A stretch of DNA of 41,683 bases from Rhizaria sp. SCN 62-66 (lineage: Eukaryota). Within the stretch, counting starts at the first letter, position 1, and each line of letters opens with the position of its first letter. The position numbers and the translations under genes were made by a program. The notes under the pieces were generated by a model. That model had not been told where the DNA came from and ran no database searches. It saw only the letters and a program-made list of their open reading frames with translations. This document shows positions 1-9,258 of the stretch, piece by piece. Location: assembly GCA_001724265.1 (NCBI GenBank), contig MEDY01000272.1:1-41683 (forward strand). The letters run 5' to 3'.

Positions 1-1
1 C

Positions 2-154
2 TACTCCTTCCCCTCCGTCCAGAAGCTCCGCTCTGCCTTCGGCCTTGCGTCCCCCTTCGCTGACGAGGAGGAGGCTGCTGCCAAGTCTGGCTCCGGCTCT
101 GGCTCCGGTTCCGCCTCGGGCTCTGGCTCCGGCTCTGGCTCCAGCTCCGATTAA
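2..154 (+). CDS. 3' end of an unidentified gene (5'-truncated by the window), acidic and Ser/Gly-rich C-terminal tail
   Basis: Open frame from position 2 reads YSFPSVQKLRSAFGLASPFADEEEAAAKSGSGSGSGSASGSGSGSGSSSD with C-rich third positions, TAA at 152-154, then AT-richer UTR-like sequence. Confidence 0.65.
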   Translation, partial: YSFPSVQKLRSAFGLASPFADEEEAAAKSGSGSGSGSASGSGSGSGSSSD

Positions 155-522
155 TTGCCCCCGCGGTCGGTCGCAAACCTCCCGTGAGGCTCGCTGCTTT
201 GCGCGGCGAGTTCAGCACTAAAACTCGGTAGCTTGTATGTTTGCGTATCCATTCAATACAAACATCATGTTGTCTCCCATCCACATCTTTCTTGACTCTT
301 TTTTATTCTTGACTCTTTATCATTGAATCGTCAAAAATGCCTCTTGAAAATGATTAGTATAGCTGTATTTTCGATTGTTGAGTCGTAATAAACAGGATAA
401 TAGTGGATCCCTAAACATAACATAAATTAAAAACCAACACAAGTAACACAACCGCGCTTTACATCGTCAGGTGTAGCTTGTCCTAGCTTTGCGCTCATTG
501 TTCAGCGCCTAATGATCAGTGC

Positions 523-3500
523 TTAGTGCTCGATATTTTGCTTGACTGGCAGAACGGCGTTCATGACGTTAAACGTCGCCTGTGTGATCGAGTAGACGAG
601 CGTGGCCTGCGGCATTCCCTTCACAAAATGCGCAGTGAACCCACGCCAGAACGCCGTGAGCCCGTCGACTCGCACGACGTGCTTAAGGTGCGCCCACACG
701 GACGCGTTGCGCAGCGCCGCCTCGGGTCGCGCGTCCTGCTGCCGCGTCCGGATCACCTGGAACGGGTACGATAGGAGCATGGCGGGGAGGCGGCCCATTG
801 CGACGCCGCCCGCGGTGGCGAGCAGGGCCTCGGACGCCGAGTCCGTCTTGAAGGCCGACCGGATGATGTTGACTGAAGAGAAGACGAACGCGCCCTGCAC
901 CGACAACAGCATGCCCAGCGGCGCGCCGCGGAAGAGCCCGCGCACACCCTCCTCAGCGCGGATGGCCTTCAGCGTGTCCCACATCCCGCGCACGCTGTTG
1001 GCGCCCACGCGGCCGAACTGCGCACCGCGCACTGCGCCAGCGCCCGCGCCGGCTCCTCCAGCACTCGTGGCGGCGGCGGCAGCGGTGGTCGCAGAGGCGC
1101 CGGTGGGGGGCGCGAGGCAGTAGCGCGTTTTGACCAGCCAGAGCGGGTTCGTCGCGAACGACGTCACGAGACTGGCCGTTGTAGCGGCGGCAAAACCGGG
1201 CAGCACGTGAGCCAACAACGCCGACGCGCCGCCCTTCTGCCAGGCCTCAGCCTCGTTGCTGTGCGCGTGCCGCTTCCCGGCGAAGAGCCGCGTAAACACG
1301 GGCTGCAGCAGCGCCTGGAGCAGGAAGAAGAACCCCCACGACGTGGCCGAGGCAGCGATGATCGGCACGACGCCGCGGTACATCCCGCGCAGCCCGCCCT
1401 CGGCAATGAGCGCCCGTAGCCCCAGCGCCCAGCGCCGGCCCAGCGGCGCCAGCGCGGCCGTGGGCGTGACCTGGAGCCGCACTTTAAGCACTTCCACTGG
1501 CTGCAGCAGCGCGGGCGTCAGCGAGCCCGACACGACGCCTGCGATGAAGGTCCGCATCGGCGTCGTCTGCGTGGGTGGCGCGCCCTCGCCGGCGGCCATG
1601 CGGCGGATCTCCCCGGCGTACCGCGGGTCTTCGGAGTAGTCGGGGATGTTGTTGACCGAAACCACCACGCGCGCCTGCGATTGCAGTGCGCCCACGCTCT
1701 TGAGTACGTCGAGCGCGCGCAGACCGGCGCCGAGCAGCTCCATCGGCGTGTGGTCGCCCACAGCGGCGCCGGGGGCGTATTCTGAGCCACGGAAGCGCGG
1801 GGATGAGTCTGTGACTTCGCACCAGAACCCGGGGGACACGCGGTGCGGGTTGACGAGGAGGGTCGACAGCGGGGCGTCGAGCGGGGCGCGGGACGCGTAC
1901 GGCGCGAGCGTCGCGGCGAAATGCGCCATGAGCGCGTTGCCCGTCGCGCCGCCCAGCGCGCCCGCGCAGCTCTGCGTCTGCGACGCGGGGAATGAGGACA
2001 GGTCAACGTCGCGCGCAAACGCAGCGGCCGCGGCGGCGCCGGGGGCGGACTCGGCGGCCGCGGCCGCGGGCGGGATGGCCACGGCGGGGACGGCGATGGG
2101 CGCCGTGGCCACGGTGAAGACGACGCGGCCAACAGAGCCAGCGCCCGCGTCGGTGTTGTGGGGAGTGGACAGGAGCGGCAGGGGGAGAGCGTCTGCGTAG
2201 AGGCCCGCAATGGTGTCGATATCAGTGTCATCCGTCACGACATTGTGTGCAGCAGCAGAACTGTTGTTGTTCTCGGTGTGGATAGAGTGCATGGCGTTGA
2301 GTTCTTGACGCATCTTGGCCAGGTCACGCCTGAGGCGAACGGCGCCGGAGTCGGGCTGCGCGCGATGGCGGCGCTCGCTCTCCGTCACATCGGGCGCCAG
2401 CAGCAGTGCGCGCAGCTCCGAGTTGAGCGGCGGCAGCGACAGATGCGGCATCTCGTCCACGGGCACCAGCTTCACGCGCCGGGTGAGCGTGAACGACCGT
2501 AGCTCGTCACTCCCCACGGCCAGTGAAGTCAGCTCCACCAAATAGACGTCGCGCCCGGGCACGGCGGTGACGATGATGTCGTCGCGCGTCGCCTCCGAGG
2601 CTGACGCAAACGTGAAGTGCCGCCGCATCCCCGACAGCGCGGCGCGCAGCGGCGGCGGCGCGCTGATGGCCAGCGCTTGGTAGGGGGCCTCGAGCTCGGG
2701 CGTGCTGAACGGCGGCGGCAGCGCACGCTCGCGGACGTACGGGTACTCCGAGACCACAGTCAACTGCACCATGCCTCCGGGCGCGGGGACCTCGGGCAGA
2801 CCGGCGGCCTCCGCGGCGGCCAGCGCGGCGTCGGTCAGCGCCACCGACTGCGCGGACCGGCCCGAGATGTTGCCGGCCAGATCGAGCGCGACGGTGACAT
2901 TGTGCGCGAGCTCAATCGTGCGCGTGTCTGTCTCGAGGTGCTCCAGTTGCTCACGAGCGTGCTGACGCGTCGCCGCCGCGGGCGCCTCGAGCTCGTGCTG
3001 CAGCTCCTCGCCATACGCCTCTAACTCCGCGTACAGCTCAGCCAATACGTCCTCGACGCGCGCCTCGACAGCCTTGTCTGCGGCGGCGTTGGCGGCGGCC
3101 GCGGCGCGCCCAGCAGCGCCCGCGGGTAGCGTCGGTGACGGCGGAGGGGTAAGTGCGCGGTTTGGCCCCTCGATGGCCGTGACGACGCTCGCGAGGCATG
3201 GCAGAAGCTGCGGAGGACCGATGTCGTACCCGGCGTCCGCCCACGTCAGGTCCTCATCATCGGCATCATCGTTATGAGCGTCACTAGCATCGTCGTGTTG
3301 GCCGTGACCGTGGCCGTCGTGGTCGTCATCAAGGCGGCCGTAGCGCGCGGGCCCGTGGCCGTGCGCGTACGCGTCGACGTCCACCACCCGCGCGGCCGGA
3401 GTCACACTGGCAGGCAGCAGCGCGCCGTCCAGTGGCAGCGGCAGACCAGTTGTCGCTATCGGGGACGGCAGCAGTGGTAGCGCCGGCGGCGGCAGGCGCA

Positions 3501-4548
3501 GCAGCAGCTGGTCCGCCGCGTCTCCGAACGACGCGGATGACGAGTGCGTGGTGACGGTAGATTTACGGACTGACGAGCCGCCGGAGGGCAAGGTGGTGCG
3601 CACAGTCGTCTGCGTCGTCGTCGCGCCAGAGGGCTCCACGGTCACCGTCGTCGTCGTCACGGTCGTCGTGCCCGTCGCGTCCGTGGTGGTGTTGGTCACG
3701 GTGCGCGTGCCGGGCACCACCGCCGCCGCGGCCGCAGCAGCAGCGGGCGACACCAGTGAAGGGTCCCCCTGTGATGACTCGGTCAGAGCGGGAGAGCTTG
3801 CAGAGGTGGCAGCCTTCGTTGCGGTCTGCTGCGCTGAAGAGGACGAAGACGATGATGACGAAGAAGAGGGCCAGAGCCACTGTCCCCAGCCGGCGGCGGC
3901 ATTAGCGCCGTTGTTGGGCTGCTGCTCCGCCGGCTTCTGCGAGGGCGCGTCCTGAGCAGCGGCGAGAGCGCGCGCAGCGGCCGCGCTCGCCTGCTCCGGC
4001 GTCGTGTTGCCGACGGTATGGCGCGGAGCAGCACCAGCAGCGGCACCGGCACCAGCGGCCGTGGCGGCATGCGTTGCGTGGGCGCCAGAGTGCTGACTCG
4101 CACTGTTGTTGCCGCTGCGGCCGCCGCTGCCTCTCTCGAGCGCCTTTTGGGCCTCGCGGCGCTGGCGAATGAGCTCATACGTCTCACGCTCAGAGAGGCG
4201 GCGCGAGGCAGGCTTGGCGCCAGCGGGCGGGACGGCGATGGCAGAGGACGGCGTGGTATCGCTGCTGTCGGCGTCGGGGTGCTTGGGCGTGGCTTTGTCC
4301 TTCTTGTCATCGTCGTCGTTGTTGTTGTTGTTGTTGTTGCTGTTGTTGCTGTTGTTGCTGGTGCTGTTGGAGGGGTCGTCGGAAGGGACAGAAGAGTCGC
4401 CGGACGCAGAGGCAGACGGCAGAATGTTCCAGCGGGAGATAGCGGGCACAGCGGCGTCAGCTTCATACACAGTGCGGACAGACTGCTGTGAGGTGGTGGC
4501 AACCGAGGCAGGAATGCCGCCAAAGAGCGTTTGGGCGACGAGGGACAT
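523..4548 (-). CDS. Mitochondrial carrier (SLC25A32/FLX1 folate/FAD-like) at the C-terminus, preceded by a ~1000-aa unrecognised N-terminal region
   Basis: 1341-aa ORF, ATG to TAA. Three carrier repeats in 523-1557: QPVEVLKVRLQ..EGGLRGMYRG..SWGFFF, TNPLWLVKTRYCL..EEGVRGLFRG, SYPFQVIRTRQQ..DGLTAFWRG. W in signature 2 and Q in signature 3 fit the folate/FAD subfamily. Confidence 0.85.
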   Translation of the reverse strand: MSLVAQTLFGGIPASVATTSQQSVRTVYEADAAVPAISRWNILPSASASGDSSVPSDDPSNSTSNNSNNSNNNNNNNDDDDKKDKATPKHPDADSSDTTPSSAIAVPPAGAKPASRRLSERETYELIRQRREAQKALERGSGGRSGNNSASQHSGAHATHAATAAGAGAAAGAAPRHTVGNTTPEQASAAAARALAAAQDAPSQKPAEQQPNNGANAAAGWGQWLWPSSSSSSSSSSSAQQTATKAATSASSPALTESSQGDPSLVSPAAAAAAAAVVPGTRTVTNTTTDATGTTTVTTTTVTVEPSGATTTQTTVRTTLPSGGSSVRKSTVTTHSSSASFGDAADQLLLRLPPPALPLLPSPIATTGLPLPLDGALLPASVTPAARVVDVDAYAHGHGPARYGRLDDDHDGHGHGQHDDASDAHNDDADDEDLTWADAGYDIGPPQLLPCLASVVTAIEGPNRALTPPPSPTLPAGAAGRAAAAANAAADKAVEARVEDVLAELYAELEAYGEELQHELEAPAAATRQHAREQLEHLETDTRTIELAHNVTVALDLAGNISGRSAQSVALTDAALAAAEAAGLPEVPAPGGMVQLTVVSEYPYVRERALPPPFSTPELEAPYQALAISAPPPLRAALSGMRRHFTFASASEATRDDIIVTAVPGRDVYLVELTSLAVGSDELRSFTLTRRVKLVPVDEMPHLSLPPLNSELRALLLAPDVTESERRHRAQPDSGAVRLRRDLAKMRQELNAMHSIHTENNNSSAAAHNVVTDDTDIDTIAGLYADALPLPLLSTPHNTDAGAGSVGRVVFTVATAPIAVPAVAIPPAAAAAESAPGAAAAAAFARDVDLSSFPASQTQSCAGALGGATGNALMAHFAATLAPYASRAPLDAPLSTLLVNPHRVSPGFWCEVTDSSPRFRGSEYAPGAAVGDHTPMELLGAGLRALDVLKSVGALQSQARVVVSVNNIPDYSEDPRYAGEIRRMAAGEGAPPTQTTPMRTFIAGVVSGSLTPALLQPVEVLKVRLQVTPTAALAPLGRRWALGLRALIAEGGLRGMYRGVVPIIAASATSWGFFFLLQALLQPVFTRLFAGKRHAHSNEAEAWQKGGASALLAHVLPGFAAATTASLVTSFATNPLWLVKTRYCLAPPTGASATTAAAAATSAGGAGAGAGAVRGAQFGRVGANSVRGMWDTLKAIRAEEGVRGLFRGAPLGMLLSVQGAFVFSSVNIIRSAFKTDSASEALLATAGGVAMGRLPAMLLSYPFQVIRTRQQDARPEAALRNASVWAHLKHVVRVDGLTAFWRGFTAHFVKGMPQATLVYSITQATFNVMNAVLPVKQNIEH

Positions 4549-6198
4549 CAGAGTTCGTCCGATACAACTGGGCCACGTGGAGCAGTGATAATGCTAAACA
4601 GATAAAATTTAGTATGTTAAACGCGTGTGTGCGAGTGTGGCGTCGACAGCAAGGGCGCGTGGCGAGTGCCAGGACGGCGACGGGCACGGCAGATGGGGCT
4701 CAGTGGCGACGGGCAAGACAGAGCGGGACAGGTGACACTGTGGGCGCTGACTGACACTGGTCGCAATAAAAAGCTTGCGGAACCAAAGGTAGACGTAAGG
4801 TAGATGCCTGTGGTATGGGTTGAACCAGAGAAGCGTGTCGTGAAGCGGCGATTGAAGCAAGATTAGGGTAAGCAAGATGGAAATCCGCGAGCCAGTGAAG
4901 ACAACATGTAAGCACATACCTACTGACATATAAACACGGCCAAGTAGACATACAATAATAGCATAAGTAAGAAAAAAACAATGCCATGTGGATAGTAGAA
5001 TGGCACAACCGAAGCACTTTTATGCCACGGAAATACAGTTCGATCTTTGTTGCTGAACTTTTGCCGTCTGTCGGCTCTCGAAGCTCGTCGCCCTACAACC
5101 ACAAGCACCTTCTTCCACTGCCGCGCGCACTTTCGCGAAGATAGAGTATTGAAACGGTCAACAATTCATATTATGTAGAGATATATCATTCAATAAACAA
5201 AGCTAGACATAACGCAAGAGCTCTAGAGCGACGACGGATCTAATTCACGAAAATAACGACAGATAATACTAGCGACAGATGGTGCGAAAGATGGTTTAAC
5301 GCAAACGCATTACGCAATGTGAAAAAACAGTTGAAATGACTTTGGCATATTGTATTGAAGATGATCAATGTGAAATGAAGGATGTAAAGGACTAACCCTA
5401 AGAGAAATAGACGCGTAATAACGCTATAACACTTCCTAACCTAGAAAGAAAAGGGTCGACAGCCCGCACCGTGTGCAAGACGGCTTGTATGAACGACCGC
5501 AGCGCCTCCCGACAAATTGATGAAGAGAGTCGCTGACACACACCCGACGCAATGTTCCACGTACTTTCCTAACTCACTCGTCCACACGGACTCACTCATT
5601 TGCCATCTCCAAGAGACAGACGCAGCTTACATCACGGTCGCACTTCTTTCATCGCAAGTCGCACGCTGTGTCTGCACGCCAGCTCGTCATCGGCAATGAC
5701 GATCGAGGGGCGCTCTAGGCAAGACACAGCGGGAAACAAGGAAAATAAAGACGCGATTGAGATGTAAAATACGACGGAACATGAAGCAGCAAAGAGAATG
5801 AGATTGCGATGCAATGAGAGGAAGGAGAGCTCGTAGTAACAGTGCCAATCGGGAGACGCAGAGCGCAGCCGCTAAAAAAGCAAACCAGCACACAAGTGCG
5901 AGCCATCGACAGCCTGACTAGTGTACCATATAGGTAAGCACGCGTCACCCACTCGATCGCAAAGAGAAAAAGTGGGAGAGAACGAATGCTTACACATAAA
6001 TAACGATCCACAATGCATCACACTCTTTTCAAGCGCGTTGCACTGAGTCCGTCATCGTCGACGCGGCACCCCCACAGTGGCACACAGCAGCAGCATCGTC
6101 ACCGCCCATCATATGAAGGAGCGATGACACTGTACAAGTCGTGTGCGTGCGGTGGGTGTTGTCGAAGGCGCGGTGTTGTTATGTGTGTGGTAAACACT

Positions 6199-8761
6199 TT
6201 ACTCGGGCTTGGCAGCCTCCTCAGCGGGCTTCTCGCCGAACTCCTCCGCACCAGCCTTGGTGTGCTTGGCGGTGTTGGCGAGGAGGGAAGAGCCGGAAAC
6301 GAAGCCACCGGACTCGAGCTCCTGGATGAAGGTGTAGGTGCCCATCTCGCACGACTTGAGGTCGTTGTAGAGGTTGAACTGGCCGGGCACGATCGAGAGG
6401 TACTGGCGAGCGCACTTGAGGAGGAAACCACGGTTGTGCGAGACGAGGAGCAGGGCACCATCGTAACGGTTAGTGGCGGCGATGAGGGAATCGATGGAGG
6501 CGAGGTCGAGGAAGTTGGTGGGCTCGTCCATGATGAGAAGGTGGGGGCAGTCGAAGGTGATCTTGGCGAACATGACGCACGAGCGCTGGCCGTGGGTGAG
6601 CGACTTCATGCGGGTCTCGGCAAGAGTGCCCGTAACACCGACCTTGGCAAGGTGCTTGCGGAGGACACCGGAGTTGAGCTCGTTGGGGAACTGCATCTTA
6701 AGGTACTCCATGGGGGTGAGGGACATGTCGAGCTCAGCGGCGTGGTGCTGGGCGAAGTAGCCGATCTTGGCAGTGTCGTTGCGGGTGACCTTGCCGGAGA
6801 CGGGGGTGAGGCGACCGGTGAGGAGCTTGAGGAAGGTGGACTTGCCGGCACCGTTGGGACCCATGACACCGACACGGGTGGGGAAGGGGGAGTAGGTCAC
6901 GGTGAACGAGATGGGCGCATCGAAGATCCAGGGGAGAACGCCGGGGTTGTAGGAGAAGCGGACAGTGTCGATGAAGATGATGTCGGCACGGGGGTAAGTG
7001 GAGAGGTCGACGGTGTTCTCATCAGACGCGGAAGTGGTCTTCTTGGCAGCGCCCTTCTTGACGGGGGCAGCGACGACGGGGGCAGGGGCAACCTCACCGT
7101 TGGCGAGCTTGTTCTCACCAGCACCCTCGAGGATGAAGCCAGCGAGGGGCACGGCGGGGGGGAAGGTGAACTTACCCTGCAGACGGATCTGCTTGGCGTA
7201 GTACTCATCCTGCCAGTCCTGGTACTCCTTCTTCTGGCGGGCCAGGGGGGACGCGGAGTCGATGTTGCGGTTCTTCGAGAGGAACTTCTCGACAGTGACG
7301 GCCATGTTCTTCTCATCGTCCTCGAGCTTCTTCTCGAAGGCGCCGAAGCCCATCTGGTAGTAGACAAGGTTCTTCTTGCAGATGTCGATGACGGACGTGC
7401 ACACGCGCTCGAGCATGTCACGCTCGTGCGAGACGAGCAGGAGGGTCTTGCGGTACGCACGCATGCGGTTCTCGAGCCAGAGGACGGAGGGGAAATCGAG
7501 GTGGTTGGTGGGCTCGTCGAGGAGCAGGAGGTCGGGCTCCATGAAGAAGGCGGCGCAGAGGGCGACACGCATGCGGAGACCACCGGAGAGGGCGTTGGTG
7601 GACTCGCGCTGCTTCTCGTCGTCGAAACCGAGGACACGGAGCATCTTGGACGCACGCTCCTCAGCATCACGGTTGCCGAGCGACTCGAGGCGCTGGTCGA
7701 TCTGCTTGAGGTTGGACATGAGGTCCGCAGCCTCACCCTCGCGCGAGGGTTTGTCGGTGGGCTCGACGTCGGGGACGTTCGAGGTGGCGTTGAGCTCGTT
7801 GACGTTGGTCGGGGGGGTCTTGCCGGTGATGGCAATCAGGCGCTTGACGACGGCGACACGGTTCTGGCGCAGGGTGTAGAGGAACTCGAACGAGTTGACG
7901 ACGGTGTCGAGCACGGGCTGAGCATCCGAGGAGATCTCAATCTCGTGGCAGAGGTGGACGTGGATGTGGTTGGGGAAGCCCTTGATGCCGCCCTCGTTGG
8001 AGCCGTTGGAGATGGCGTCGAAGAGGGTGGACTTGCCGGTGCCGGGCTCACCGTGGAGGCAGATGCGCTTGCCGGACTCGAGGGTCAGGGCAGCACCCTG
8101 GAGGAGGTACTGCTGGGAGAAGGGGATGCGGAGGTCGAACGAGGGGATCTCGATGGACTTGCGGAGGTTCTGGTGGTTCTTCTCAGCCTCGATGACGGCC
8201 TGGATGTACGAGGGCCAAGTCTTGGTGATGTCGTCCCACTTGGACCAGTCGATGGTCTGGAGGAGGGCGTTCTTGGCATCCTTGGCCTTCTTACGGGACA
8301 TGTGGTTGTTGACGAGCGCCTGGGCATCGTTGGGCATCTTCTTGATGTGCTTGTCGAGAGCCTTCTTCTGATCACCCTTGGGCATCTTGCGGATCTCGGC
8401 GAAGGCAGCCTGGTTCGTGGCATCACGGAAGAGCACATCGAACTCGGTGAGCATCTCCTGAGCCTCCTCGAAGGAGGCCTCGGCCCTAAGCAAATAGAGA
8501 AACAGAACGCAAGAGAGCAAGAAAAAGAAGGTGGGGAATGTAGTAGAGGAGGAGAAGTCGTGAGAAAGGAGTTAATAAAGGCGAACAGTGCATAACAAGG
8601 CAAACAGGGGGCGCTTTCGCAAAGATGCGGAGGCGCAGTGGCGTCGGCGCGGGTGAGCCAGAGTGCATGCGAATAGCGTGGGAAACGTACTTCTTGTCCT
8701 TCTTGTCGTCCTTCTTGTCCTTCTTGTCGTCCTTCTTATCCTTCTTGTCCTTCTTGGTCAT
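6199..8761 (-). CDS. ABCF-family (GCN20/ABCF3-like) soluble double-ABC ATPase; exons 8761-8691 and 8485-6199, 785 aa
   Basis: Walker A GEPGTGKST and GPNGAGKST, LSGGLRMRVAL, LLLDEPTNHLD, LLIMDEPTNFLD, VSHER and VSHNR H-loops, no TM segments. The KKD-repeat first exon splices in frame (AA|G GCC GAG). Strong codon bias. Confidence 0.9.
8486..8690 (-). other. Spliceosomal intron of ABCF (205 nt)
   Basis: Donor GTACGTTTCC, long pyrimidine tract, acceptor TTAG; removal joins MTKKDKK.. to ..AEASFEEAQ in frame. Confidence 0.85.
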
Positions 8762-9258
8762 CTTGCCGAAGTCTAGGGGCGCGAACGGACGCAGATGGGG
8801 GGAGCAAACAGGTACCAGGGTTGTGGAGTTGGGTGAGCTGGGGATCGAGTGAACACGGACGAACGCGGTTTCACACGCGTCATAAAGCAGGCGTAGAAGC
8901 ATAAACAATAGCCAAAATATAAAACATCATGCAAAACACATCTACATCCTTGCGGGCTTTTACGGATCACTTTTTCATCTGGTTTCAATTGTTTTCCCGT
9001 TGCCCCGGTGCGCATCACCCCCCCAGTCTAAGTGCTTCCGGGCCCCTTAGCACGGACCAGCCGCCGGCCTGCGACCTTCGGCAGTGACCGTGAGTGAGAC
9101 TGCTGTTTTTTTTAGGTCCATCAGCCTGAGAGATACGATGAGAGAAATTGTGTTCTAATGCATTTGGAAGGGATAGTATTGTCTAATGAAAGTAAAATGG
9201 AACTATGTATGGGAAATAATACTGTTAAATATCACGATTGTAGTAATTTACTTGAAAG

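Noticed and set aside
2-154. Identification of the first gene as ribosomal P0/uL10 from YSFP and an acidic tail
   Set aside because: Lacks the conserved DMGFGLFD-type C-terminus; too little sequence to name.
5393-5401. TAACCCTAA telomere-like motif (other single copies near 4863 and 18413)
   Set aside because: Isolated single units are expected by chance; no array.
6013-8595. 860-aa plus-strand ORF antisense to ABCF
   Set aside because: It mirrors a strongly codon-biased gene in codon register; the L/V/G/E-rich translation has no motifs. Typical antisense shadow.
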